Positions 13,251-26,677 of a DNA stretch of 64,000 nucleotides are shown one piece after another (within the stretch, counting starts at the first letter, position 1; every line of letters begins with the position of its first letter). The DNA lies in contig NC_043006.1 in assembly GCF_006345805.1 (NCBI RefSeq), positions 51,460,001-51,524,000 on the forward strand. Direction: 5' to 3'. The notes under the pieces are model-generated. The model made no database searches and was not told where the DNA came from. It saw only the letters and a program-made list of their open reading frames with translations. Made by a program: the position numbers and the translations under genes. This DNA comes from Octopus sinensis. Lineage: Eukaryota.

Positions 13251-14196
13251 ATCTATATATATAAAACTCTAGTTGTGTGAGTGTCTGTCCCCTTCGATTT
13301 AGATTCCTAACTACTCCCACATTTTGCGGTGCAGTTTAATCAAATTCGGGTATCTTATAGTCGTGATTCATATCGAGCCCGTCTGAGTATTAGTAAATTA
13401 TAGTAAATTTTTTTAAATCGTTGACTCATCGTAGACATTTTTAGAGAGTTACTTCCCTTATATAATAGCAAAAAAATGCATTAAAATGGAAAAAAATGAT
13501 GGTAAATTATTTTTAAAATCGTAGACTCATCGTAGACGCGCGCTAATACCCAGAAGGGCTCGATATGAATCACGACTATAAGATACCCGGTTTTGGTTAC
13601 ACTGCACCGCAAAATGTGGGAGTAGTTAGGAATCTAAATCGTAGGAGACAGACACACAACCTTACTTTTATATATAAAGATTTGTGCAACAACTAAAACA
13701 TTCGGTTGTGCAAATTGTTTGCACAGGAAACCTGCCCTGTGTGGCGGTTTTTGCCGTTTTTGTGGATCTGTTTCAGCTTTTTTAGCGATTTCTGTTTTGG
13801 CGACTTCAAGCCATGAAGTCGTTGTTCTAAAAGAACGCTGGTCTCCTTCACAACGCATTACGACGTTGATTTCCTTACACTCCCTTCCCCACAGCTTCAC
13901 GAGGGAGGGAAGAAGTGGGAGAAGCAACACATGTGCAGGTGTGAGCGTGGACGCCAACTCCGCCGCCATCGACACACGAAAAAATATGCACTAAAATGGA
14001 ATAAAAAATTATGGTAAATTATTTTTAAAATCGTAGACTCATCGTAGACGCGCGCTAATACCCAGACGGCTCGATATGAATCACGACTATAAGATACCCG
14101 AATTTGGTTAAACTGCACCGCAAAATGTGGGAGTAGTTAGGAATCTAAATCGAAGGGGACAGACACTCACACAACTACAGTTTTATATATATAGAT
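13251..14196. mobile_element. palindromic element built from Helitron-like 5' ends
   Basis: Arm 13251-13393 is the reverse complement of ~14053-14196 and, with variants, of ~13543-13681; each arm begins ATCT(A/T)TATATATAAAA. Confidence 0.7.
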
Positions 14197-14215
14197 ATAT
14201 ATGTTATATAATAAT

Positions 14216-14252
<37 letters not shown>

Positions 14253-14345
14253 CGGAAGGTTTACGAAAATAAACAAAGACGAAGGCAGGTGGAGTACAAA
14301 CAAATAATGTATTAGTATGGCGCTCAGGAATAGAAATAAAAGAAG

Positions 14346-14383
14346 TCTTTTACGTTTCGAGCCTACGCTCTTCGACAGAAAGA
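14346..14383 (-). ncRNA. variant minimal hammerhead-like motif
   Basis: TCTTT-CTGTCGAA-GAGC/GCTC-GAAA-CG-TA-AAAGA; copies at 11323-11358 (+) and 14659-14694 (+, decayed). Confidence 0.55.
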
Positions 14384-14843
14384 TACACAGAAAAGAAACA
14401 AGGAGAGAAAAAATTGCGTGTAGGGGCTAATAATTGTATGTTTTCGTTGATATAATTTATTTGTCTTATTTATATATTTGTATTGTAGTGCACCTGAGCT
14501 CTACATACAATTAGTTCATTATTACTTTTTCGTTTTTGCATCATTGAAATATAAAATGTAATTGTTTTGTAATTTACTTGGAATATATATATATATGTGT
14601 GTGTGTGGCAGTCGCCATAATAGATCGGTAGCCACTACACACATTTTTTTCTGTGTCGCTTTCTGTAGAAGAGCGTAGACTTGAGACGTAAAACACTTTT
14701 TCAATTCCTGAGCGTTATACTAATACATCTGTTTGTTTTCTACACCACCTGTCTTCATCTTTTGTTTTTTCGTGAACTCTCCCCCTATATATATATATAT
14801 ATATATAATATATATATATATATTATATATATATATATATATA

Positions 14844-15395
14844 CAGTTGCGGCCAATATGTTCAAAACGGCATTGTTTTCGTCAGAAAAGTAGGTATAAG
14901 TTTTTATCAAAGTTGTTTTATATTCTATAATTTTCACAGACAATAAATACAATATTAATTGTTATTGTCTGAGATTTTGGTGTAATTTGAGAGGATAATA
15001 CAAAAGTTATGGATGATTTAGTGATTTACTGCAAAACCCATGGCGGCCAAAATGATCAGAACGGTTGCTTTTACTCTGTGCTTTAGTATATTTAACCGTC
15101 GAACTCTAATGTTTTAAATTTGTTTACGTGACGGTTCTTTTACTAAACATTAATAAGAATATCTGCAGTGTACTTTGTAAATATAATGCCACTTACTCCG
15201 TTACCAATTCGTCAGCAGATTATTAAGCTTCGAAAGAAGGATAATTTAAGTATTGGGTCTATTGCAAATATTGTTAACAAGTCAAAAAGTGTTGTTCACG
15301 GTATTCTTAAGGTCTACGATGATTGTGGTTCGTGTGAAGCAAGAAAGTCTACAGGTAGGCCAAGAAAAATGACCAAGAGAGAAGATCGTGCTATG
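14844..15395 (+). mobile_element. truncated Tc1-family transposon (left TIR + N-terminal transposase)
   Basis: TA|CAGTTGCGGCC start in a TA microsatellite; ORF 15168-15506 has HTH-like region and GRPRK motif, no DDE domain. Confidence 0.8.
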
Positions 15396-18367
15396 AAAAA
15401 ATCACATTTGGCCAAACTGTTGTTAAATAGCAACGATATGTATGTGTTCAACTCTTTTTGTATATACCTAAGTATTTTGTCTGCCGGAGAAAAGGTAGGA
15501 CAATAGCTGTGTTGGGGATATCTATTGAGGTAGAAGCTCATGTCCATAGGTGTACTCTACCAGGTGCAGGCGTGACTATGTGGTAAGAAGCTTGCTTCCC
15601 AATCTTGGGCAAATGTCTTCTACTATAGCCTCGGGCTGACCAAAGCCGTGTGAATGGATTTGGCAGAGGGAAACTGAAAGAAGTCCATCATAAATATATA
15701 AATATATATGTTTGTGTGTGTATGTTTGTCCCTCCATCATTGCTTGAAAACCGATGTTGGTGTGTTTATGTCCCTGTAACTTAGCGGTTCAGCAAAAAGA
15801 GATCAATAGAATAAGTATTAGACTTACAAAGAATAAGTCCTGGGGTCGATTTGTTTGACTAAAGGCAGTGCCACAGCATGGCCGCAGTCAAATGACAAAC
15901 AAATAAAAGAATACCTCTTCTTCAATGCCCTGTCAATTTTGGAGAATTTTTGGGATCAGTTACTTGTTTTTGTGCATTCAACCAACTTTTCAAGACATTA
16001 TTCTTCAAAGATTATCTATGCAATCAGTGAAACATGAAATGTTTCCAATTTCCCTAAAGACTCCATCTTTCTGATTCTTCTGTTATTGCTAACATTGCCA
16101 ACTCATGGAACATTTGTAAACTAACTACCTTCTATTATCTGAATTTAATTTACTTTCAGCATAGCATATGTGTATGTATCCATAAGAAACTTATTCTCCA
16201 TTGTCACATATGCGAGTCTCCTAATTTAGTAACTTGCAGATTCCATTCACGTTTCATTTCCCAAAGTATAATCTAATGCCCAGATATTCAGGTCCAGGCA
16301 ATAAATACCTGTTGCTGAGATGCTACAAATATTATGTTGAAACCTCACTAGAATTATGCTAACTAGAATAAATCTGCTACTAGACCTCTTCTAAATCATA
16401 TTGCCTGAATATCTAGCAGAAACTCACACAATAACCACCTGCCATAGATATACTTTTTCTTTTCTGTCTCTTGTAGATCCACTGAAACAGTTTCTGCTCT
16501 GTGAAGTAGTAATTTAATTCCACTTCCATCCAAAACTACCAAATGCACATACCTCTATTGTTTACATCATAGAAGTAAACCTCAGAGTAAAGTTTTTGCT
16601 TAATTCTTTATTCCCAAAACTACTGCACTCTGGAATTCCTTAACAGTTCATACTATTCAAACATAGTAGCCCTAATGGCATTCCAGTGTTTATTTTATGA
16701 AATATGTAGTTATGAATACTAGACTAGATTAGTGACCTCAAGATCAGATCTAAATGGACTTAGAGACAAGAAATAGTCAAGCTATAGCTAGTGGTTATAG
16801 TGTTGTGATATGCACATGAGTATGTGTTGGCCAACTATCTGGATATTTCCTGGAAGTGTAACAGCAGCAGAACTAGCCTATGTACTTTTTTACTACAAAA
16901 TGTTTTCCTTGTTTGTCAGTGGATGAAAAAATGTAACTGGAGAATAGACAATGAGAAGACAGTCAGAACTGTACATAAAATGTCGAAGTGTGTTGTTGAG
17001 TATTTTCCAATGAATCAGATGGACTTCTAGTATTTTTGTCTCACAGTACTATTCTACTGCAAATCATAATTCAGCTACTGAGAACTGAAGCATTTTCCGA
17101 CTCTGAAGAGGAAGCCTATGCTTTGCAGTGCAAATTTAGATATGTTTATGATGTTGTCAGGACTAATCGTCTGATATTGTGAGGCATAGTATTTGTAGAC
17201 TTTGAGTGCTTTAATTACATGTTATCCAAAATTACAGAGGGTGAGACATAATATTATTTCCTTGTTAGTTTTTGTACCTTTGTTTTGTTGAAACAAGAGT
17301 GTTACAAATGTAGGTTTCTGTACAACAATCAACATTAGCTCTCACATTCAAACTTTATCTAACTGAGAAATATATACTCCTTAGACTGTCTCTAGTTATA
17401 ACAGATGTTCAGAAGATAATCACAATCATTAGCATATATGATTCACTGCTTAACATCTAATATCTAGGATTTGGTATCAAATAATTTCAACAAATTATAT
17501 AGATTCAAAGTAAACAGCTGTGTTAGTAAAAGCATTGGTTGGATGTTCTATATATAAAAGAACAGGAGAATAATTTAAGTAAACCAGCTTTATTTAAATT
17601 TCAGGTTATTAAGCATATTCACAAAAGATAATAGGATCAATACTCAAGATAACAAAAGACAGAAAATGTGATACTATCTTGTATAGCAGATATGTGCAGC
17701 CCATATAAGCATACAGAATGAAGATAAGCACAGTCATGAGGATGATTCACAAATCACATAACCCACTTTGAATTTATATAAACAACTGAGTTATATTGAT
17801 GTTTGCAAACTAACATTCAATTTAATCATCAGGTTTGAAAGAATCATACTATAAAGAAAATGAGAGAATTATATACATCTTACCAACATGAGAATCATTA
17901 CTTTGATAGGATACATTCATAATAAGTTTACACCATAAGATATATGAAAGAATGTATAGAAGACTGGGGATATATATTTTCTCTCTGTAACTTGAGGGTT
18001 CACCTCCAACACATCTTCTTGCCTCTCTCTCTTCTTTAATTTTTTTTTTTACCTGGGGTGGCCATGTATCTCCTCTACTCAAAGACACAAGTGACTCTAT
18101 TATACCCTAACCTTTCACCACCAGATATAGTTATCTTGCTCAATATCACTCCCCACTCAGTTGAGGGGATCTTTTCTTGCAAGTTACTTGGTGACATCTC
18201 TGGTGATGGTGCTGCATAAAAAGCACTCAGTACACTCTCTAGCATTAGGAAGGGCATCTAGCCATAGAAATCATACCAAAACAGACAGTAGAGCTTGGCA
18301 CAGTCCCCTGGCTTGCAAGCACCTGTCAAACTGTCCAATCCATGCTAGCATGGAAAACAGACGTTAA

Positions 18368-18587
18368 CCTTTTCATTACTGTATTTATTTTGAGATGCTC
18401 TGTGTTTCTTCCAATTATTTTAAATATAACAAAGAATTTAGTAAAATAACATCATTATCATTAAGCTAGTGTTAGGAACATAAATTGTGACTAAGGTTTG
18501 GTGAAAGATTTTAATTCAGAACTTTTGAAAGCCAGACATTTGTACTAAAGAGCCAGAGCCGGTTTCAGCAGGGTTGGTAACAAGAGG
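18368..18587. mobile_element. piggyBac-like MITE inserted at the TTAA of an RTE-related tail
   Basis: Near-identical to 45718-45937; host (GAT)n tail resumes at ~18590. Confidence 0.75.
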
Positions 18588-18979
18588 TAGATGATGATAA
18601 TGATTTGTAATATAATAACTGCAATGTTATCTCTCATTTATGAAAATACATTCCCAAGCTATTTAACCACAATGTCAAATTAATCAGTCATGCTTTTAGT
18701 CTTTTCTGGAAATATGTAACATGAAATATATAGGACATTTCTGGTTTTTATTAAAAATATCACAGATATTTCACTAATGTAGATATAGCTGAGGACTATA
18801 TAAATTATAGTGTTGACAAGTTGTTATCACACAGCTTATCTTCTTTCTTACATTTATGATTATGTAAGACATTTTGTTTCTTAGAATGAGTTTTGACATT
18901 GTCACAGATACACTTCCATATGAATATATACAAATGTAGTTAAGTGACTTTTTTGAGAATGTCATACTACAGAAATCAA

Positions 18980-19837
18980 TTATGAGGCTTTTTCTCCTGA
19001 AAGTAAGCATTTGTGTCTAGTTAAGGTACCTGTCTGAGAAAAGGATTTACCACAGCTATTACAACAATAGGGCTTTTCTCCAGTATGAATGCGATTGTGA
19101 GTAGTTAAGTTACTTCTTCCAGTGAATGATTTATCACAGATATCACAGTGAAATGGCTTCTCTCCTGTATGAATACGTTTGTGTTTAGTTAAGTGACTTC
19201 GTTGAGAGAATGATCTACCACAAATATCACAGAGATATGGCTTCTCTCCTGTATGAATGCGTCTGTGTGTAATTAAAACACTTCCATCATAGAATGATTT
19301 ACCACAGATATCACAAAATGGCTTGTCTCCTGTATGTATGTGCTTATGAGTAGTTAATTCACTTGTTTGAGAGAATGATTTACCACAAATATCACACTGA
19401 TATGGCTTTTCTCCAGTATGAATGCGTATATGTGTAGTTAACCCATGGCTTTGAGAGAATGATTTGCCGCAGATACTACATTCATGCAATTTTTCTCCTG
19501 TATGAATACGTGTGTGTTTAGTTAAACCACTACTTTGAGAGAATGATTTATCACAGATTTCACAGTGATATGGTTTCTCTCCTGTATGAATGCGTTTGTG
19601 GCCAGTTAGCCTATATCTCTGAGAGAATGATTTAGCACAGATATCACAGTGATATGGCTTTTCCCCTGTATGAATACGTTTGTGCCTAGTTATGTGAGCT
19701 TTTTGAGAAAATGACTTTTTACAGATATCACAGTGGTAAAATGCTTTTGTTGTCTCTTTCAGCATCTCATCATGAAAACCAATACCTTCAGATATTTTTT
19801 TACATTTAACCTGTTTCTCACATGTTTTATTTTCCAT
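18980..19837 (-). CDS. C2H2 zinc-finger protein, type B (B1), 9 fingers (last one degenerate)
   Basis: 285-aa ORF of tandem CDICGKSFS...HTGEKP repeats; one linker is a residue short ([11 protein letters not shown]); last finger ends HKCLL. Confidence 0.93.
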   Translation of the reverse strand: MENKTCEKQVKCKKISEGIGFHDEMLKETTKAFYHCDICKKSFSQKAHITRHKRIHTGEKPYHCDICAKSFSQRYRLTGHKRIHTGEKPYHCEICDKSFSQSSGLTKHTRIHTGEKLHECSICGKSFSQSHGLTTHIRIHTGEKPYQCDICGKSFSQTSELTTHKHIHTGDKPFCDICGKSFYDGSVLITHRRIHTGEKPYLCDICGRSFSQRSHLTKHKRIHTGEKPFHCDICDKSFTGRSNLTTHNRIHTGEKPYCCNSCGKSFSQTGTLTRHKCLLSGEKAS

Positions 19838-20135
19838 TATATATTTTTTTTCCCGCTCATATCAACATTAGGAATCTTTTTGATTGTGATACTTGAAATT
19901 GATACATAATCCTTCATAAATTTATCAAGTTTAATCAGAATGCAAAATTATCTTGAGCATATTTCAGATAATAAAGTAGAGCAGTGTTTACAATAATCTC
20001 ACTCAGAATAAACATTTCACAGTACTTCGGTATAACATCTCTCATGTAACATCTTTCTTTAGTTTTAAAAGATGATAAATTTTGATGATGCAACCACAGA
20101 AAAAAAATTCTCTTATGCCAATGTCATCTGATTTT

Positions 20136-21307
20136 CTGAAATAATAGAAAAACAATTTAAGATATAGAGGATGCATAATAAATATAGATTCAACAGTAGA
20201 TATGTTGCATTTTCATACTGAAAAACTAGATAAAAACAATCATTTGAACAACTGAACTTTACTTTTCAATTTGATTATAGGTGCAGGCATGGCTGAGTGG
20301 TTAAGAAGTTCCTTTTGCAGCCATATGGTTTCTGGTTCAGTTCCATTGCACAACACCTCAAGCCAGTGTCTCCGGGCTGACCAATGCCTTACAGGTGAAT
20401 TTGGTAGATGAAAACTGTGGAAGCCCACCATATATGCATGTGTGCTTTTGTATGTCACCCACCACTGCTTGACAACCTGAGTTGGTTTTATTTTTTATGT
20501 TGTCTGTAACTTAGCAGTTCAGTAAAAGGAACTGATAGAATAAGTACCAAAAGTGAAAATAGGAACTGGAATTGATTTGTTCGACTAAAGTTCCTCAAAG
20601 TGGTGCTGCAACATGGGCACAGTCCAATAACTGAAACAAATAAAAGGTAAAAGATACAACCTTATGGGAATTTTTTATATTTATAAATAACAGCTATATC
20701 TTCAGAGTATGTAACATTGAACTGTATGGAATATAACATTGTGAAGTTGTTATCACAGCTATAGTTTTTTTCTAGTTTCATTAGATTACAGAATAATGAA
20801 GAGATCAAAATCTACTCTCTCCAGAAATATAATCCCTCATTATTCAGCTGTTGTTCTTTAGCTTTATGTCAGCCATGAATGAACTAACCTATGATCAAGG
20901 GCATTGCAGTGTAAGGATTTTAGTGTAGTAAATAATTGGGGGCATAATCAGAATTGAAGTACCAGAACATGGTATGGCTCATATTAGATGAACCCCAGTA
21001 ATAGAGAAACATCTATGGAAAAATATAAAATTTTCCCCTACAATTATTCATACTGGATCAGGAAACTAAAGTTAGAGTGGGAGCAGTGAGTGTATGTGTG
21101 TGTGGTAAGGGAGGGGGTTTATTGATTTAGAGGTGCTAGTCTAGATTCACAACTCCTTTAGTAGTTTCACTTTTATTTTACACTTTCTTAAAGCATAGTA
21201 CTTATTCTAGTGGTCTCTTTTACTGAACCGCGAAGTTACAGGGACCTAAATACACCAACACAAGTTGTCAAGCGGTGGTGGGGAACAAAACACAGAAACA
21301 AAGACAT

Positions 21308-21338
<31 letters not shown>

Positions 21339-22243
21339 CGACGGGCTTCATTCAATTTCTGTCTACCAAATCTCGTCACAAGGGTTTAGTCAGCCGAGGC
21401 TATAGTAGAAGACACCAGTCCAAGGTGCCACACAGTGTAACTGAACCCGGAATTATGTTGTTGGGAAGCAAGCTTCTTACCAGACAGCCACGCCTGCAGT
21501 AAAAGTTTCAGAAATAGCACATATACATATATATTCTTGCAGCAGCATATGTCAGAGACTAAGTAGTCATAGATATACAATGTTTGGAAAAGACTGGGAT
21601 AGTTTTGACCATTCGTATATGCGATCAAGACTGGCTTGAGGCCAAAATATAAACGATTTTAGACGACGATACTGATCTCGAGTGCATTAAAAACAATTCC
21701 TCTCAACCAAAGAAACGGAAAAACCTTCACGCGGAAAAGCGCCAAAGGATGTGCTGGTACCAAACAAACTAATATCAAAACAATCCTTTTCTCAACCTCA
21801 TATGTTTTCACTTTTAAAGCATGGTACTATTTAAGAAGAGTGGTCCCGGAACGCGCACTCGCGCATCCGCTCTAGCAAGTCGTGACTAGTCGATCCTGCA
21901 ACGACTACCTAGGGAAGAGAATAAAATAGAAAATAATTTTTTTACACAAAGTAAATAATTTTTTAAAAACAAAGTAAATAAAACACAAAAACAAAAAATA
22001 AATAATTTTTTAAACAAAATAAAACACAAAAGCACAAAAGATCGACTAGTCACGACTAGCTAGCGCGGATGCGCGCACCGGGACCACTCTTCTTAAATAG
22101 TAGCTTAAAGCATTACTTAAATGAACTAGCTTTTTATCAATGTTATGTATTTCCACTTCTACATGACAGTCTACCCTCAACAATTCACATAGTTCTATTG
22201 ACACCTATTATTATAGCCTTGAAACAAATCAATGTCAACTTAC
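20136..22243 (-). other. putative 5'-UTR intron of B1
   Basis: Acceptor TTTTCTATTATTTCAG at 20136 (homologous acceptor at 36517 in B2); donor GTAAGT at 22243 next to a CpG-containing segment. Confidence 0.5.
21825..22102. mobile_element. TA-flanked MITE
   Basis: ~70-bp TIRs TACTATTTAAGAAGAGTGGTCCCGG...; related interrupted copy starts at 38735. Confidence 0.75.
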
Positions 22244-22794
22244 GTTTTTCAGATGTAAACAATTGTTGAACCTTTTAACCAAGCAACCCAAGAAATTATC
22301 GCATCGACAGAGCGAGGTGTTCAAAGACTATATTACCTTCCTTCTATCTTTAGCCATACATTCGTATCTCGCTGCAATGAAGATAACTTTTCTGTCTCTA
22401 GCCGCAGTTTCGACGTGCGCCTGTGTTTTATTAACTTTAATCGGTAGGAAGTTATAAAAATTACTAAAGAGTTGAGAGTTTCGTTCATGGATCTTATGAA
22501 AGGGGTAGTTTGATAGGTACCCAGCATTAAATTCTCAGCTCTTAAATCACTAGTGTGTAATTCTCTGCTGGTTACAAATAATGCTAAAATACATATACTC
22601 ATATATTGAGTTCTTTTTATCCTGTTTGTTCTATCAAAACTTTATGAATGCGTGCCAAGTTCGCTTCCCAGCCACATGGTTCTGGCTTTAATTCTACTCT
22701 GGGCAAGTGTTCAGCCCTGGGCTGACCAAAGTCTTGTCAATGGATCAGATAGACGGCAAAAAAAAAAAGAAACGAAGCTTATCGTGTGTGTGTG

Positions 22795-22826
<32 letters not shown>

Positions 22827-22859
22827 TATACATATATATACATTTACATATATATATAT

Positions 22860-23690
22860 CATTATTACTATTGTTAACGCCAATGCTGCTATGAATGTTG
22901 CTAATATCAATACTATTTATATTATTATTATTATTGTATGTTAGGTTGGAATTGGTAAGAGCAGTGTCGCTACTCCTGGGTGATGAGTCCTTATTTAGCA
23001 GCTTATTATTATGGGAGGCAATTATCTGCGATAGATTTCTAGTGTTGGAGAATGCAATCCTCACCTTATGCGAATTGATAGTTGAGTAATATCTAGAATT
23101 CCTGGGAAAGTTTCTAGCTACAGCTTCACGGAACTGTAAAGGGAGATTAGACATGATTTGTTTCCCGAAAGGAATGACAAACCAGATATAGTTTTTTTTG
23201 TTCTTAGAGTGTTAACATTTACATTAAAGGGAGTATTTCTGTGTTGTAGAATTGGTGTTGGTTTTCGATTGCCTCCCCTGGTCCGTAAATTATTTTTGTT
23301 AAATATATTAGTGTCGACGTTGCTAGAGCTGAAATCATTAATTACATTATTTCTATTGTTATTAGTTTTCTTATCCTGAGAGGCAAATATTAGTTCAGAA
23401 TGGGCCAGGTCAATATATGATACCTTATCCCTATAACCGGCTTTTGACAAGGCGGCATTATAAAATTCCACTTTTTGTTTAAAAACGTCGACATTCGCAG
23501 ATAAATTTGATAGTCTTAAGGATATATTTTTAACTAAATTATCGGTGATAGTTTTTGCATGGTTACTGAAAATGCTGACATATTTAAGGTTAGTAGAAGG
23601 CTTATGGTAAGGGAAGTAAAAATTGTTATGCAGATTTAGAGTAACATCTAAGAAGTTGGCTTTAGTTAGTTCGTCGTCGAAAACTATGCT
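22860..23690 (-). mobile_element. Penelope-like retroelement fragment (RT C-terminal region and linker)
   Basis: Minus-strand translation NFLDVTLNL..PYHKP..YVSIFSNH..NISLRLSNLS..YNAALSKAGY and IAFSNTRNLSQIIASHNNKLL, frameshifted. Confidence 0.75.
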
Positions 23691-24477
23691 TTTCTTGTAT
23701 GTTGTTGCTGGTTATGTTTGTTCAACTGCTAGCTGCTCAACTAGGAATTAGAAGAAGATAAAATGGATGTTAAATGTAGGGAGTCGATAAAATGATATCT
23801 TCATGGTGCCTGACATTTAAACAGCAATGGTGTTGTGATAAGATACTGTACCATAGTTGATATTCTCACTGCTAAGCCTTCACTCAGTTGTAATATCTCG
23901 CTAACTGGATTTTGTCTGTGGTCGCCTCTCCGTCACCTCCTTTTTGCCAACTAGGTTCTAACTTTTGCTTGGGTATCTTCTGTATATATAATTATCGCAA
24001 GATCGCGATAAAGAAAGGCATACCGTTATCCAAATAATGGGTATTTTGGGAGTTCTATTGTTCTGTCAATTTAAACCACCCTTTAAAAAAATTTTCTTTG
24101 TTTCAACACAAATCCCCCTTTTCAGCTATGGGGAATACGAATCTGCAAAAAAATTGGCAAAAATTGGCATTTTTTAATTACCACCCCACCAGCCACATGT
24201 CTTTCATTTTTTTACTTTTTCCAGAAATTTTTTCTTCAAAATATGCGGAAAAATACGCTGATTATGATTTTTGTAAAATTTTTTTTTCTAAATATGCGGA
24301 AAAACACGGACATTATGATTCGGACATAAATTTCAAAACATTTCTGGAGTTACAATGATGGTTAAGGTTTTTAGGGTTAGGGTTAGTGTTGGGGAAAAAA
24401 GTCGAAATTGAAGATTTTGGGGGGAAGGAGGGGTGGAATTTAACAATACCGATTTTGGCAATTTTCTGGATCTTCCG

Positions 24478-24804
24478 TATCTCCTCCAAAGAAGGCCAGG
24501 GTCGTTTCATCTACAGGGAAGATGATGGTGTCAGTTTTTTGGGATGCAAAGGGCTACACTATCAATGGAGAGTACTATGCCACTCCCTATTCTGACTATC
24601 ATCTGTTTCTCAACATGAATAAACACTAGGCCAGGAACCAATATTGCAGTTATAATGTCATTATCTGCTGTTGATGACATTTTTGACTAACAAGATGAAA
24701 AGCTTCTTCACCAATGGAAGAAGTTTGTGGACCACAAGGGGTACTTGATCACATATCATGAAAGTATCTTGGTCAGCTTATGAACTTTTCAACCAACTCT
24801 CATA
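24478..24804 (+). mobile_element. internally deleted mariner remnant
   Basis: Translates to PPKKARVVSSTGKMMVSVFWDAKG..TINGEYY..PYSDYHLF; ends in mariner-type TIR. Confidence 0.75.
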
Positions 24805-25952
24805 CCTTTTCCTTGTAGTCCCACACAACAAATGACCAGTTGTGTTTTAACTTGGTGGCTGTTTTAATTAAGTTCCACCAATATTCTTTTGATTCATCAG
24901 TCTCAATATCATCAACTGCCAGTAAGTGTTTTGTATGTATGGACGTTAAATGATGATGATGATGTATGACTTGTAAGATTGCCAACCTTCCTTTCTTGTA
25001 TTGGGCAACCCTCTTGTTCCTGAAAAGATAGCCATATGTCCTTTCCCTAATTTATACTAAACAAAACCGGAATCTGTCTGTCTGTAACATAACTTCTGGT
25101 TCACTTTGCAACTTCCCTTCTCTCCCTCTGTATGTGTGTGTTTGTGCACACGCACAGATATTTCACAAAACTTTTATTAACGGCAAAAAAATATGAATCT
25201 ATTCCTCCGGTACCCACTCAGTTGAGGGGTCTTACCTTATGAGTATTCACATGCGCTGGTGCCACATAAAAAGTACCCAGTATGCTCTATTAAGTGGTTG
25301 GCATTAGGAAGTGTGACCAGCTGTAGAAACTATGCCAAAGTAGACTTAGAGTCTGGCGGAGCTCTCTGGCCCATCTGTTTTTGTCAAACCATCATTAAAT
25401 GATGACGATTCTGATTTCATCTTTCTCTGTATGTATAACATTATGCATGTTCATGTACATAGCAGTACATATATATGAATGTGACAGCAGTATTCTCTGT
25501 CTGTCTATATATGTGTATTTATGTACACAAACTCACATTTCTCAACAGGATCTTCAAAGACATTTAACAAACTTAAGATACAACATGAAAATAGGAATTT
25601 ATTTTCAAAATTATTTAACATGGATTGACATCAATACAAAGTGTTAAAGAAGGAAAGGTGGTTCTGACAGAGTTTGCTAGTAATGTTTGAGAGAGAACTT
25701 TGTTAATCCGGGGTAAAACATCAATAATAGAAAAACATTTCACTTTTGATAAGGTAGTGGGTGGGGGACAAACACAAAGAGACACACACACACATATATA
25801 TATTATATATACAAATACACATGACAGGCTTCTTTCAGCCTCAGCCTACCAAATCCACTCACAAGGCCAATGGAGAAGACACTTGCTCATGGTGCCATGC
25901 AGTGAAACTAAACCCAGTCATGTAGTTGGGAAGCAAATTTCTTACCACACAG

Positions 25953-26619
25953 AAGGATGGAGTGAAAATAAAACAATGTGAAAACTGAAAATGCCTGAGG
26001 GCTAAAATGTTGCTATATTTAATTACTAGAAAAATATTAAATTTTCATTGAGATCAATCAAGGGCATTTACTCCCTCAAGCTCCTTAAACTCTGAAAATG
26101 GGGAAGTTTTGAAAATTTTTTTACAATTGCATAGGGGAGTTAATGCCCTTGACTGATCAAAGTGAAAATTTAGCATTTTTCTATTAATCAAATATAACAT
26201 TTTAGCTCTTGGGCGTTTTCAATATAGTAAGATTTTAGGCCTCAGGCATTTTCAATTTCCACAATTTTTTATTTTCACTCCACTCTAACACACATGTATG
26301 TGAGTGTAGATATATAGATTGTGAAATCTAGGGTGGAGTGAAAATAGCAAATTGTTGAAATTGAAAATGTTGCTATATATGTTTAGTAGAAAAATGCTGA
26401 ATTTCTCTTAGGTCAGTCAAGGGTATTTACTCCCTCAAACTTCGCTATTGTAAAAAAATTACAAAATTTCCCCATTTTTGGAGTTTAGGGGCCGTGAGGG
26501 AGGAAATGCTCTTCATTGATCTCAGCAGAAATTTAGCATTTTTCTAGTAATCAAATACAGCAACATTTTAGCCCTCAGGCATTTTCAATTTCCACAATTT
26601 TTTTATTTTCACTCCACCC
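25953..26619. mobile_element. pair of palindromic MITEs (TIR GGGTGGAGTGAAAATA) inside a SINE
   Basis: Copies at ~25954-26287 and ~26329-26620; flanked by direct repeat TACCACACAG. Confidence 0.7.
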
Positions 26620-26646
26620 TACCACACAGTCACGCATGCACTGATC

Positions 26647-26677
<31 letters not shown>

